A stretch of DNA of 59,685 nucleotides from a virus (IMGVR_UViG_3300028400_000156:1-59685); one strand, 5' to 3'. Shown: positions 46,444 to 56,987, counted from the first letter of the stretch. Translations and numbers: made by a program. Notes: a model not told the origin generated them from the sequence alone.

Positions 46444-47459
46444 GTGCACTCTTCACCAACGGAGCCACGACTTCGTTGGCTTCCAATATCCTGAGTACCG
46501 AGACCACCCTGGTTGTTGCGACAAATACAGGGTCGAAGTTCCCATCCATTACCGGCTCTGACTACTTCACGATCACTCTCGAGAAGTCCGGCATCGTTGA
46601 GCACATGAAGTGCACTGCGCGCTCTGGGGACACTCTGACAGTAGTACGCGGAATTGATGGGTCTACGCCGGTTGATTGGACTGCTGGCGATTTAGTAGAG
46701 CTACGGCTGATTTCATCTGTCTTAAATAAGTTTGCTCAGGTAGATTCGCCGACTACGTTTCAGGATGATGTAACAATAAACGGTGCCTTTACTACTTATG
46801 GCACAGCGTCGTTTTCTAGCAATATAGCAGTATCTGGTGCCGCTACGTTTGGAGGGACCGTAAGCGTAACGGGGGCCATTACAGGTGATCTGTCTGGGAC
46901 AGCTTCTAATGCTAATGCTCTTGATGGCCTGGGTTCGACCCAATTCCTTCGATCTGATACTACGGACCACAAAACTGCAGGGAGCCTTGTAGTTGATGAT
47001 AACGTGAAGCTCGCACTTGGTACCAGTTCGGACTGCTACTTCTCATGGACTGGCTCAGCCCTCGGGCTCACATCAACGTCCACGCATATTTTCGACATCA
47101 TCCAAAATGGGTCGCTGAGATTTCGGTTTGATGGCGCCCCTGGTGATTTCCACGCCGCCGGCGATGTCATCGCGGTATCAAACTTCACATCATCTGACCC
47201 GGCACTCAAGGACAACATCACCACCCTTACCGGCGCGGTAGACCGCATCCGCGCCCTGCGCGGTGTCGGGTTCACCTGGAAGTCCAATGACCGGCCGAGC
47301 TACGGTGTGCTGTCCACCGATGTCCGTAAAGTCTTGCCCGATGCCGTGAATCGCATCGCTGGCATCAATGGCTCCCACGACGTGGTCAACTACAACGCGA
47401 TCATCGCACTACTGGTGGAGGCCGTGAAGGAACTCGCCGATGGCTACGCTGCAGCTTAA
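46440..47459 (+). CDS. Tail fibre 2 with Peptidase_S74 chaperone
   Basis: Anchor paralogous to fibre 1 (TVVRGIDG); SSDPALKDNI, ALLVEAVKEL. Confidence 0.8.
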   Translation: MSALFTNGATTSLASNILSTETTLVVATNTGSKFPSITGSDYFTITLEKSGIVEHMKCTARSGDTLTVVRGIDGSTPVDWTAGDLVELRLISSVLNKFAQVDSPTTFQDDVTINGAFTTYGTASFSSNIAVSGAATFGGTVSVTGAITGDLSGTASNANALDGLGSTQFLRSDTTDHKTAGSLVVDDNVKLALGTSSDCYFSWTGSALGLTSTSTHIFDIIQNGSLRFRFDGAPGDFHAAGDVIAVSNFTSSDPALKDNITTLTGAVDRIRALRGVGFTWKSNDRPSYGVLSTDVRKVLPDAVNRIAGINGSHDVVNYNAIIALLVEAVKELADGYAAA

Positions 47460-49257
47460 TCTTTTCTCCGGGGAGATCCCCCGGATGGGCGACACAAAGA
47501 TACCAGACAACGCAGCAAGCAAGGCTGTAAACAGTCTGCTTTTGTCCGGTGACCTGCGTGCGCTCAAGAACCCCGCGCAGCTCTACTACTTCACAGGGGC
47601 CTCTGGCACGGTGAAGTGGGCTTTTTACCTCCCACAGAAAGGCGCTTATACAGAGCGGTGGGTGGGGTTCACGGAGGATCGCGTCGCGTTCCTCAAAGGC
47701 CCGCTGACAAACGATGCCTATGACCGGTTCTACCTGACAAAGACAGGTTCAGCTCCGCTGATGACGACTCGTGATCGCATCGAAGCGGGGTCGACCGAGT
47801 ATCTGCTTGGCACGCCGGGCCCAGCCACGGCGCCCACGGCGACACCAGACGGCTCAGGTACAGGCCAGACCGTGACACGAGCCTACGTCTATACCTGGGT
47901 GTCACCATACGGTGAAGAAGGCCCTACATCACCACCAGTCATTGCTACTGGCAAGGATGACGACGTATGGAACCTGTCCGGTTTGGAGACTTCCGTACCT
48001 GACGCAGCGCAACGCCCGACGGGATATACGAAGCGCATCTACCGCACTGTGACCACAGTGAATGCGACTGCGCAGTATCATTTCGTGGCGGAGATTGCCG
48101 ACAGTGCGTCTACCTACGCGGACTCGAACAACACCGCGGAGGTCTCGCTCAACGACTCCTGCGAATCCTTCTACTGGCAACCGCCACCGGCCACCTTGGA
48201 GGGGCTGAAGGCGCACCCTGCAGGGTTCCTCGTGGGGTTCACCGGCCGCGATATCTACTTCAGCGAACCGTATCGCCCGCACGCCTGGCCACCGCAATAT
48301 GCGTACTCGACGGACCAAGATATCGTCGGCCTGGGGGTGTTCGGCAATACTGTCGTCGTTATGACGGAAGGCTATCCCTACCTGCTCAATGGCATCCATC
48401 CTGCCACCTTGCGGCCTCAGAAGCACAACGCCTCCATACCGTGCATCTCGCCAGACTCCATTGTGGAGATGCCCTATGGCGTCTACTACGCGGCATCAGA
48501 CGGTCTGCAGCTGGCCTCAGCCGGCGGTATCATCAACGCCACTGAGCAGTTGCTGACCGTCGATGAGTGGACGCAGGAATACAACCTCACCAGCCTGCGC
48601 GCGGCACGGTACAACGACTTCTACATCGGGTTCTACACCAACACGGATGGGTTCATGTTCGCACCGAAGGAGCCGAATGCGACCTTTACCCAGCTCCGCG
48701 ATGTGTGGGATATCGACGGCATTCAACAAGACCCGATCCTTGGAAAGACCATAGTCCTGAGCAAGAACAATGTGGCTGAATGGTACCCTCCGGACGGCGC
48801 AGAGGTGCTTTACACGTGGCGTTCAAAGAAGTTCACCTTGCCGAAGCCGGCAAACTTCGGCGTCGCACGAGTCCAGTACACAGACCTTGATCCACAGGTT
48901 ACTGATAGCGACCTGCGCTCTGTCTACAACGCTGAGCGCATAACCTACCCCGGGCGGCCCATCGGCGCCGCGGCAATCGGGGTGGCCAAGGTGTACCTTG
49001 TAACCTACGCCTCGCTGTATGGATATCGCGCCCCGCTCGGTGGGCCCGTAACCTATGAACTATCCAACAGCAGTTCGCTCACCCTGGCGCTGTATGCCGA
49101 CGGAGACCTGGTTTTTCAAGGTGCTGTGACCTCGACGGAGGCTTTCCGCCTCCCCTGTGGATACAAGCGGACTCAGTTCGAGGTTGAGATCACCGGCAAT
49201 GTTCCGGTGAGTTCTGTCAAACTGGCCTCTACTGGCAAGGAGTTGGCAAGGATATGA
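47440..49257 (+). CDS. Tail nozzle/stabilisation protein
   Basis: FSGEIPR, FSEPYRPHAWP, WRSKKF, FRLPCG. Confidence 0.7.
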   Translation: MATLQLNLFSGEIPRMGDTKIPDNAASKAVNSLLLSGDLRALKNPAQLYYFTGASGTVKWAFYLPQKGAYTERWVGFTEDRVAFLKGPLTNDAYDRFYLTKTGSAPLMTTRDRIEAGSTEYLLGTPGPATAPTATPDGSGTGQTVTRAYVYTWVSPYGEEGPTSPPVIATGKDDDVWNLSGLETSVPDAAQRPTGYTKRIYRTVTTVNATAQYHFVAEIADSASTYADSNNTAEVSLNDSCESFYWQPPPATLEGLKAHPAGFLVGFTGRDIYFSEPYRPHAWPPQYAYSTDQDIVGLGVFGNTVVVMTEGYPYLLNGIHPATLRPQKHNASIPCISPDSIVEMPYGVYYAASDGLQLASAGGIINATEQLLTVDEWTQEYNLTSLRAARYNDFYIGFYTNTDGFMFAPKEPNATFTQLRDVWDIDGIQQDPILGKTIVLSKNNVAEWYPPDGAEVLYTWRSKKFTLPKPANFGVARVQYTDLDPQVTDSDLRSVYNAERITYPGRPIGAAAIGVAKVYLVTYASLYGYRAPLGGPVTYELSNSSSLTLALYADGDLVFQGAVTSTEAFRLPCGYKRTQFEVEITGNVPVSSVKLASTGKELARI

Positions 49258-49508
49258 CATCTGCCCGCGACAAATCTCTTGCAGCGCTTGCGCCGCACCG
49301 CCCGCGGGTCAGTGCAACCTCGGCGGTGCCTATGCTGGAGGATGCCGCACTGCAACAGTTCCTGGCGTCGTTGGCGCATACACTCGACGTATTGACCAAG
49401 GAGCACCCGAACTCCCCGGAGGACTGGGCTGTACTCGTTGGCGATCTGCGACTGGTCTATGACCGCATCGTCGCTATCGAGGAGCGCCTGGACGCAGCCG
49501 GCCTATGA
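49254..49508 (+). CDS. Hypothetical virion protein
   Basis: Coupled at both ends. Confidence 0.5.
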   Translation: MTSARDKSLAALAPHRPRVSATSAVPMLEDAALQQFLASLAHTLDVLTKEHPNSPEDWAVLVGDLRLVYDRIVAIEERLDAAGL

Positions 49509-49921
49509 ATTTCGAGCCTTACCGCCCGCAGATTCACATGGAGTGGGTTGGCAGGATCATCAAGCCTGTCTTCACTTCTGACATGAAGGGCATCATGGCC
49601 ATACGGGAAGACGGCAGCGTAGCCGGTGGTGTGCTGTTGTACAACTGGTCCTATAGTGGGGTGCAGATGCACTATGGCGCCGAGACCCCGATGGTGTGGC
49701 GCGCTGGCCTCCATCTTGAGGTGTTTCGCTACGTCTATCAGGTCTGTGACAAGGTAGTGCTCTCCGGGGCCACGCCAGAGAGCAACCTGCGCGCCAGGAA
49801 GTTCCAGCAGCGCATGGGGTTCAAGGAGACAGGTCGCATACCCAATGGTTATAAAGAGGGGGAAGACTATGTTATATTCAGCCAACAGCGGTCTGACTGC
49901 AAATATCTGGAGATACTGTAA
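49505..49921 (+). CDS. GNAT-fold acetyltransferase-like protein
   Basis: NLRARKFQQRMGFKETG. Confidence 0.7.
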   Translation: MNFEPYRPQIHMEWVGRIIKPVFTSDMKGIMAIREDGSVAGGVLLYNWSYSGVQMHYGAETPMVWRAGLHLEVFRYVYQVCDKVVLSGATPESNLRARKFQQRMGFKETGRIPNGYKEGEDYVIFSQQRSDCKYLEIL

Positions 49922-50742
49922 TGGGCGGCAAAAGTGCTCCTGCACCCCCTGATTATACCCCTTTCACCGAGGCTGCCATCGAATCGGCGAAGCTGGCCCG
50001 GCAGACCGCTGTAGACCAGCTCGAGTTCTCCAAGCAGCGTTGGGCGGAGCAGCAGGATCTGCTGCGCAAAGTTCTTGACACCCAGCTACCTATCATGCAG
50101 CAGCAATTCGAGAATGCGCAGAAGGATCGCACCCGATACGAGACGAAGTTCCAGCCCCTTGAAGACAATCTCATCAAGGAGTTCCAGAGTTACGCATCCC
50201 CTGAGCGGGCCAACCTCGAAGCTGGCCGCGCTCAAGCTGGCGTAACGGATGCGTTCCAGGCCCAACGCGCCAACGCCGCGCGCCGCCTTGAGTCGTTCGG
50301 CGTGGACCCCAGCCAGACCCGGGCTGCTGCGCTCGACCTCGGGATGCGCGCCACGCAGGCCGCCACGCAGGCCGCGCAGGGCAATGCTGCCAGAACCCGC
50401 GTGGAGAATACGGGCCGGGCGCTCCGGGCGGAGTCCATTAACATCGGCCGAGGGCTTCCTTCGCAGGTGGCTGGTTCCTATGGACAGGCCATCGGTGCTG
50501 GCACCAACGCCGTAGGCAATTACAACCAGTCCTTCAACGCTAACACGAACTCCCGCGGTATCGCGGCCAACTTCATGAATGCTGGTACAGGGGCCATCAA
50601 CGCCGGCGCCAGCGCACTGAACCTGGGCTATAACAATGCCCTTGGCGCCGCCAAATATGAGGCGGACAATGGCCTCGGCGCGGCGCTCACGACACTCGGC
50701 GGCGCAGCGCTCGGCGGGTGGTCTACAACTTGGGGTGGATAA
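49921..50742 (+). CDS. DNA ejection/pilot protein
   Basis: MGGKSAPAPPDY N-terminus; Gly/Ala/Asn-rich C-terminus. Confidence 0.6.
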   Translation: MGGKSAPAPPDYTPFTEAAIESAKLARQTAVDQLEFSKQRWAEQQDLLRKVLDTQLPIMQQQFENAQKDRTRYETKFQPLEDNLIKEFQSYASPERANLEAGRAQAGVTDAFQAQRANAARRLESFGVDPSQTRAAALDLGMRATQAATQAAQGNAARTRVENTGRALRAESINIGRGLPSQVAGSYGQAIGAGTNAVGNYNQSFNANTNSRGIAANFMNAGTGAINAGASALNLGYNNALGAAKYEADNGLGAALTTLGGAALGGWSTTWGG

Positions 50743-50746
50743 TGCC

Positions 50747-52483
50747 ATGGGATTTGCACAGAACTTCGCAACAGGCTTCGGCGTAGGCCGTGATATAGGC
50801 AAGACCGTACAGGCAAACCGCCGCCGCAAGGGCATGGCGGCAGCGCTCAGTGATGTTCAAGAGCCGGCCATCCCCACAGAACAACAGCAGATGCTGAGCG
50901 ACCAGACTGCAGACTTCGCGCCTGAAGATGCAGCTCAGTACATGCCCACGACTACGGACTGGATTCAGCTGCGCCGCAATGGCGCGAAGAAGATTCTCGA
51001 TTCGGGTGGGTCGATGGAGGACGTAGTCAAGTTTCAGCAGTACGTCGACCAGACTCAGAAGCAGGGCCTGGAGCAATATGGCACTGCGGCGGCTGTAGCA
51101 CTGGAGCAGGGCGATCCGGATACCGCAGCGCGATATCTTGAGACGGCTTACTCCTATTTGCCGGATGGTCTCACTGTGAAGGCAACCAACGTGGACGGCC
51201 AGTTGTTGGCATTCCCGATGAGTGAAGAGGACGGACAGCTCGTCGCGCAGCCTGTGCCGGTCACTCCGGAATACATCCGCAAGCAATTGCTGGCGCTGAC
51301 GGACAACAATGCGTTCCTGGCATTCGCCGAGGACAACAAGCGCTGGAAGGAAGACAGCGCTCGCAAGGACAAGACCGCGGCCGCGCAGATCCGCGCCAAC
51401 GACATACGTGCTGCAGAGACTGAGCAGAAGTTGCGCACACCTGAGTACGGCGTCCTCTCCTCGAAAGGCGCACAACAGGCTGCCTCTGCAGTAGGTTGGA
51501 AGACTGCTGACCTCACACGTGAAGCATCCCGGCTTAATGATCTGTTCACGCAGTTCAACGCCGACAACTACGAGAAGTTCACTGGTATCCCGACAACGCT
51601 GGCCGATGTCTACGGAGTCGCAGTGGATAGCACAACGAACATGACGCCTGAAGAAAAGCAGGTGTTCGATGCCAACCTGCGAAAGGTTCAGCAGGCGGCA
51701 TTCGGCATTCTGGAAACCAACCCAGGCATCCCTGCAAATACTGCGTTGCGCGAGGCCGAGGAGCTCGTACGCATCGTCAACAAGGGCAAGGACTACTATG
51801 CCAAGTACTTCGCCAAGAACGCGAAGGAAGATCCCGACAGCCCGTCTGGCTACAGCGTGCGCATTGACAAGCGCAAAATCAACTTGCCCGTGTTCCTGGC
51901 ACCCGATGGCGGTGCTCGCGCGGAGCAGTGGATCAAGCGCAAGAACCTGCCCGCTGGCGCCGTTACCTATCTCAAACGTCCTGCAGCCGGCCTACCGGAA
52001 TGGTACAAGAAGAAGTACGGCATCAAGGACGACTCGCCGGTAGCCGTGGCCGCACCGCCTGCCGTGGCTCAGCAATCTGCTCTGCCACCCCAAGGCCAGG
52101 CCACTGCTGGCCCCGCGCCATCGCAGCAGGCTGCCCTGCCACCCCAAGGCCAGGCCCCGGCTCAGGCTGCGGCATCGCAGGGTGCAGTAACTCCGCCCCC
52201 ACTCGTAGGAAATTTGTCGCTGCCAACCAGTGCCCTACCGCAACAGGCGGCCGGGTCACCCGGCCTGCAAAACCTGATTCAGCGAGAACAGGGAGTGGTT
52301 GATGGCGTCGCTGCTGAGCTCGAGCAATACGTCGATCCGCAGACTGGACAGCTCGACATTCCGTGGCAGCGGGCGAAGGTGCTCGTGACGCAGCTCGCAG
52401 GGCTTGATTCGCCTCCTGCTGTCCAGCTTCGCGATAATCTGCTCAACTACATCAAGCAGGCCAGGCAGCAAGGAGTCCGATAA
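50747..52483 (+). CDS. Internal virion protein
   Basis: MGFAQNFATGFG start; Q/P/A-rich repeats. Confidence 0.55.
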   Translation: MGFAQNFATGFGVGRDIGKTVQANRRRKGMAAALSDVQEPAIPTEQQQMLSDQTADFAPEDAAQYMPTTTDWIQLRRNGAKKILDSGGSMEDVVKFQQYVDQTQKQGLEQYGTAAAVALEQGDPDTAARYLETAYSYLPDGLTVKATNVDGQLLAFPMSEEDGQLVAQPVPVTPEYIRKQLLALTDNNAFLAFAEDNKRWKEDSARKDKTAAAQIRANDIRAAETEQKLRTPEYGVLSSKGAQQAASAVGWKTADLTREASRLNDLFTQFNADNYEKFTGIPTTLADVYGVAVDSTTNMTPEEKQVFDANLRKVQQAAFGILETNPGIPANTALREAEELVRIVNKGKDYYAKYFAKNAKEDPDSPSGYSVRIDKRKINLPVFLAPDGGARAEQWIKRKNLPAGAVTYLKRPAAGLPEWYKKKYGIKDDSPVAVAAPPAVAQQSALPPQGQATAGPAPSQQAALPPQGQAPAQAAASQGAVTPPPLVGNLSLPTSALPQQAAGSPGLQNLIQREQGVVDGVAAELEQYVDPQTGQLDIPWQRAKVLVTQLAGLDSPPAVQLRDNLLNYIKQARQQGVR

Positions 52484-55101
52484 TGGCCGAGAAGGCTATC
52501 GACTGGACCAGATCCTTCGACAACTTCGCATCTGTCGACGACGCCCCTGTCGCCGGCGAAGACGTGTGGGCGAACACCATCGAGGAATGGGACAGTCAGT
52601 ATCGGCAGGAGGCTCCGCCCCAGCAGGTAGATGAGGGGATCACCCTGGGCGATGCCGGCACAGCCTACATGCAAGGCTCTGCCGCTGTAGCCGAGGGCAT
52701 CGGTGGCGCACTCGAGTATGCAGGCCAGGCCACTGGGCTGGACACCCTGCGCGACGTAGGCACCGGGCTCCGGCAGGTGTCCAGCCGTGCACAGCAGCAG
52801 TGGGCCGAAGGATTCCAGATCGGCGACACTGAGCTCGGTGGGTATTCCGATGCAGCCCGCGGTGCGCAGGCCAAAAAGTGGTTCACGACCGGCGAAGAGG
52901 CCGCATGGAAAGATCCTGCAGCATGGGCCCTCGGAACCACTCAAGCACTGCCGTCACTTGCGTTATCCATCACCCCTGCCGGCATCGCATCGAAGCTCGG
53001 TGCATCTGCGAAGACTGTAGCAGGCGTCGCCGCCGGCACAAATGCTGGGCTGGTTGGCGGCGGAGTGCAGGCAAATATCGCTGGCGAGGTCGAGCGCATG
53101 ACGCCCGAGCAACTGGATCAGATCCCAGGTGTGATGGCCGCGCTTGATGCTGGCATGACCTATGACGAGATCAAGCAGGCCCTGATTGCCGAGGCTACGA
53201 AGTATGCTACCCCTCTGGCGGCAGCAGGCGGCGGCATTACGGGCTATGTCGCTGGCCCCATCGAAGCTGCCATTGCCACCAAAGTTGCTCCGCGGGGCGC
53301 TACCGGCCTGGCAGAGCAGGTCACTCACGTTGGCAGAGTCCGTGGGACAGCCATGGGCGCCGGTGTCGAAGCGGTGCAGGAAGGTATCGAGAGCGGTCCT
53401 GTGGAGACCGGGGCTACAAACCTCGGCCTCGGCCGCCCGCTCACACAGGACATGGCAGAGAATACCGTGCAAGGTATGGCCATTGGCATGGGTACCGGCG
53501 GCGCACTTGGGTTCGTATCCCCATCCGCTGTAGAGCCGCCGCAAGCCGACAACACTCCACCAGAGCAAACACCCCCACCTGTTACGGAGCCACCAGCGGA
53601 TACTACCGGCATGACACCGGAGGAGAAGATCCGTGCCTACAACGAATCCGTAGCAGCGCAGCAGGCGGCAGAGGCCGCCCAGCCAACCCCTGAGCCAGTG
53701 GAGTCAGAGCCTACCGGTGCGACTTATCATGCCCCGGAGGATGTGGACTACAAGGCCACGCAGACCGTGATGATCGCGCCGGATGGTCGCGTGGTTACTG
53801 GCGAGTCCCTGAACAAGGTGGCGAAGGATCTCGGATTCAAATCCCCGAAGGATGCTGTAGAGCGCGGCAACTGGGCCATTGCGGATCTTACTGGCAGATC
53901 CATCGGCGTCCGACATGGAGAGCTCACGGATGCGCAGCGCACGACGATGTCAACGATGCGCGAGAATACCGGCCAGGAGTTGAAGGCTGCCACGTACAAG
54001 AATGGCCGGGTGACACGGTACAAGCCGGTGCCTGCAGAAGGACTCAATGTGGTGGAACCCCAGGCAGCGCCAGAGCCTCCGCAAGCTGCGGAACCACAGG
54101 CACCCACACAGCCGGAACCTCCTGCTGCATCGAAGGAAGAGATCGCGTTGCGGTCGATCCTTGGGCGAGCGAAGGAGATTGACTCTGCCATCCCGCGCCG
54201 CCCGACAAAGGCATTCCGTGAAGCATTCCCGAACTCGGGTGGTGTTATCGAGTCCCGGGCAAAAGTGGCTGATGATGTAGTGTCTGCGCTGATAGCGATG
54301 GTTCCGCAGTTCGAGGCCCGCGGTGTTCCAATCCGCGATATGATGCGCAAGACGTTCAAGCCATTGATTGGTGCATCCATCGACAACATCATAGCCGGGC
54401 GTGCTCCGATGCCGTCTGAGCAGGTCTACAAGACCATTGGCTCCGGCGCTGCTATGGATGTCGCTGAGAACGTGGACACAGAGGGGGTCGGCACAGAGCA
54501 GATGGGCTCAGCCCGCCGCCGTGCCAGTGGCAAGATCACGCACAAGAAGCTGGATCAGTTCTACGCAAACGTCGAGAAACTGCTCGAGGATGTGGCGGGC
54601 TATTCGACCGCAACTGAATCGGATTCGGCTTTCGATATATACTCCACCAAGATAGAGAAGCCGGTGAAGGCAGAAGCTCAGCCAGCGAAGAAGGCGAAGC
54701 CAGTGGTTAAGAAGGCTGAGCCTACTCCGACGAAGAAGACCACTGAGTCGAAGAAGGTAGAGGAGGCAAAGAAGCGTGCGCAGGAAAAGAAAGCTGCAGC
54801 CAGACGAGAGAAGGAGGCAGCCAGAACAGCTGCTGAGGAGTCCCTTGCTGAAGCGAAGCGCAAGGAGAAGGCGAAAGCTGAAGAAGCCGCGCAGACGAGA
54901 GCGAAGTACGAAGCCGAGCCTTTTGCCGAGGCTGAACCAACTCTGCCGGCAAATCTCCACGGGGTGATGGTTGAAGTTCCTGCAAAGGTAGAGGGGACTG
55001 ACGAGATCCACATGATAACGGTACCTGCCAGGGAGGCGCTGGACTATGATGCGAAAAGGATTGCTGTTCTGAAACAAGTCATTGGGTGTTTGCTGAAGTG
55101 A
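52483..55101 (+). CDS. Internal virion/ejection protein
   Basis: Gly/Ala-rich helical region with EAVQEGIE; low-complexity linkers. Confidence 0.6.
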   Translation: MAEKAIDWTRSFDNFASVDDAPVAGEDVWANTIEEWDSQYRQEAPPQQVDEGITLGDAGTAYMQGSAAVAEGIGGALEYAGQATGLDTLRDVGTGLRQVSSRAQQQWAEGFQIGDTELGGYSDAARGAQAKKWFTTGEEAAWKDPAAWALGTTQALPSLALSITPAGIASKLGASAKTVAGVAAGTNAGLVGGGVQANIAGEVERMTPEQLDQIPGVMAALDAGMTYDEIKQALIAEATKYATPLAAAGGGITGYVAGPIEAAIATKVAPRGATGLAEQVTHVGRVRGTAMGAGVEAVQEGIESGPVETGATNLGLGRPLTQDMAENTVQGMAIGMGTGGALGFVSPSAVEPPQADNTPPEQTPPPVTEPPADTTGMTPEEKIRAYNESVAAQQAAEAAQPTPEPVESEPTGATYHAPEDVDYKATQTVMIAPDGRVVTGESLNKVAKDLGFKSPKDAVERGNWAIADLTGRSIGVRHGELTDAQRTTMSTMRENTGQELKAATYKNGRVTRYKPVPAEGLNVVEPQAAPEPPQAAEPQAPTQPEPPAASKEEIALRSILGRAKEIDSAIPRRPTKAFREAFPNSGGVIESRAKVADDVVSALIAMVPQFEARGVPIRDMMRKTFKPLIGASIDNIIAGRAPMPSEQVYKTIGSGAAMDVAENVDTEGVGTEQMGSARRRASGKITHKKLDQFYANVEKLLEDVAGYSTATESDSAFDIYSTKIEKPVKAEAQPAKKAKPVVKKAEPTPTKKTTESKKVEEAKKRAQEKKAAARREKEAARTAAEESLAEAKRKEKAKAEEAAQTRAKYEAEPFAEAEPTLPANLHGVMVEVPAKVEGTDEIHMITVPAREALDYDAKRIAVLKQVIGCLLK

Positions 55102-55382
55102 GACGGATACCTAAAGCTGCTGTAGAGAAGAAGCGCGAGCCAGAAGCTCAGCAGGCACCCGTGCAGGACATTGCTGCTGCGGTTGCGCAGTCTGTAGCTG
55201 AGGCAATGCCGTCGGCCCAGCCACTACATATGGACGTGGATCTGGAACCGGTGCTCGGCATGCTTCAAAAGCTGGAACTGCACCTGGCAATGCAAAACGA
55301 AGTGGAGTTGGTAGTGAAGCGAGATCCTAATACGCAGCTCATTTCCTCCTTGATAGTCAAAAGAAATGGTACGGTAAATTGA
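55098..55382 (+). CDS. Hypothetical protein
   Basis: GTGA-coupled to the upstream gene. Confidence 0.5.
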   Translation: MRRIPKAAVEKKREPEAQQAPVQDIAAAVAQSVAEAMPSAQPLHMDVDLEPVLGMLQKLELHLAMQNEVELVVKRDPNTQLISSLIVKRNGTVN

Positions 55383-55383
55383 T

Positions 55384-55671
55384 ATGCGCGAATCATCAGC
55401 TGTGGACCTTGCAGTACTCCACAAACAGGTAGAGTATCTGGAAAAGGAGCTCAGAGAGAATGAACAGCATTACAAGAAGCAACTGGATCAGATCACACAG
55501 GAAACCCGCCGTCGAATTGCGGCGCTCGAGGAGAAGTCCAACCTTCTGGAGTCGCGCATCCGACTTGGTAAAGGGGTTTTTATTGGGATTTTCTTTACCC
55601 TTGGTGGTCTTGGGCTTGTTGCTTTTGATAAGGTACGCGCTATTATAACCACATTGAGGAGCCTACTATGA
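55384..55671 (+). CDS. Coiled-coil protein with C-terminal TM segment
   Basis: Heptad pattern then GKGVFIGIFFTLGGLGLVAF. Confidence 0.55.
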   Translation: MRESSAVDLAVLHKQVEYLEKELRENEQHYKKQLDQITQETRRRIAALEEKSNLLESRIRLGKGVFIGIFFTLGGLGLVAFDKVRAIITTLRSLL

Positions 55672-56027
55672 GGTTCGTAGTATTATTTGTTGTGTTGATG
55701 ACAGTAGCCCATGCAGCAGAGCGCGAGACCTACTACTCAGGCCGCTATTGCAATGCCTGGGGCGGACAACCAACAACGCTGCCGTCCGGTATTCGCCCGG
55801 ACTGCGAAACCGAGTTCGCCGTTGTCGAATTCGATTGGGCCAAGAGGCCGAAACATTACGAGTGCATCGGCCAGGCTCTGATCTACTCCGCGCAGACCGG
55901 AAAACTGCCCGTCTGCGCCTTGTTGTACCGCAACCCATCGGAGCGCGAATTCGCCGACCGCGTTACCGGATACATCCAGCAATCCGGCGTTACCGTGAGA
56001 ACACTACCAGCAGGGGCAAACCAATGA
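55668..56027 (+). CDS. Signal-peptide protein with PD-(D/E)XK-like motifs
   Basis: MRFVVLFVVLMTVAHA signal; RPDC...VEFD...IGQALIY. Confidence 0.55.
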   Translation: MRFVVLFVVLMTVAHAAERETYYSGRYCNAWGGQPTTLPSGIRPDCETEFAVVEFDWAKRPKHYECIGQALIYSAQTGKLPVCALLYRNPSEREFADRVTGYIQQSGVTVRTLPAGANQ

Positions 56028-56251
56028 GCAAAATCATACTAGAAGTCGGTGGGAGAGAACTAGAGCCGATGACTCTTGAGGAGGCGAAGCAGTTGTTTAT
56101 CGCCTTGCAAGAGCTGTTCGGCGATAAAGGCCCGTCCATTGAGCCGTCTCGTCAGCCGCTCACTCCATACCCGCAGGTGCCAACGCGCGGTCCTTATTGG
56201 TATCCGATTATCACCCGCGGCGATTCATCTTCTCTGAGGGCAAACCAATGA
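56024..56251 (+). CDS. Small hypothetical protein flanked by an 18-bp direct repeat
   Basis: MSKIILEV...; GGGCAAACCAATGAGCAA at 56014 and 56238. Confidence 0.55.
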   Translation: MSKIILEVGGRELEPMTLEEAKQLFIALQELFGDKGPSIEPSRQPLTPYPQVPTRGPYWYPIITRGDSSSLRANQ

Positions 56252-56598
56252 GCAAGAAGCCGACCAAGAAATTCAAAGGCGTGTTTACGCATGAGGTGTG
56301 GGATTACCGCCTCTCGACCGCCGTGCCGACGATCTACCGCCAGGGCACTTGGCAGGTTGCAATCGAAAGCAAAGGCCCAGCGCGTGAACCGCTCGAAGTC
56401 TACGATACAGGCATCCCGGTCGAGCCGGACGATATTCATGACCGGGAAAAAATCGCCGTCTGTTTCGAGTGGCTATACAAGCAGCGCGACAAATATGCGC
56501 TCCCTGACATCGAGGAACGCAAGCCCATCGTGCGGGCGCTACGGGAACTTGACCAAAAACGAGCCGAGCTTGAGAAAAGTCTGGAGGAACTGAAATGA
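56248..56598 (+). CDS. Hypothetical protein
   Basis: MSKKPTKK start; ATGA-coupled. Confidence 0.55.
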   Translation: MSKKPTKKFKGVFTHEVWDYRLSTAVPTIYRQGTWQVAIESKGPAREPLEVYDTGIPVEPDDIHDREKIAVCFEWLYKQRDKYALPDIEERKPIVRALRELDQKRAELEKSLEELK

Positions 56599-56984
56599 CT
56601 GTCCATCGCTCAACGGCCTACCGCGACGCGAAAGCCAACATCGACATCAGCCAGATCGGTCCATCCGCGCAGGTGCAGGTGCGCTCTGGCGTGAACGCGA
56701 CTACCGGAGGCCAGGGCACACTGCTCGCCCAGCTCACCGGAGACGCCACAGCCTGGGGTGTAGTGTCCAATGGTGTAGTTACTGTGAACCCGATCACCGA
56801 GGACAGCAGCGCTGACGCTACTGGAACCGCCGGCCATTACCAGATCAACACCAGCGCGGGGGTATTCGTCGAATCCGGACTGCTCGACGGCACTGACGGG
56901 ATGACCATCGACAACGCCAGCATCACCGCCGGCCAGGTGGTGCGCCTCAACGGCCCGTGGACGCGCACGGAGTTCGGAGCGTAA
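56595..56984 (+). CDS. Putative virion structural protein
   Basis: GTLLAQL...ITEDSSADATGTAGH...IDNASITAGQVV. Confidence 0.55.
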   Translation: MTVHRSTAYRDAKANIDISQIGPSAQVQVRSGVNATTGGQGTLLAQLTGDATAWGVVSNGVVTVNPITEDSSADATGTAGHYQINTSAGVFVESGLLDGTDGMTIDNASITAGQVVRLNGPWTRTEFGA

Positions 56985-56987
56985 CCC

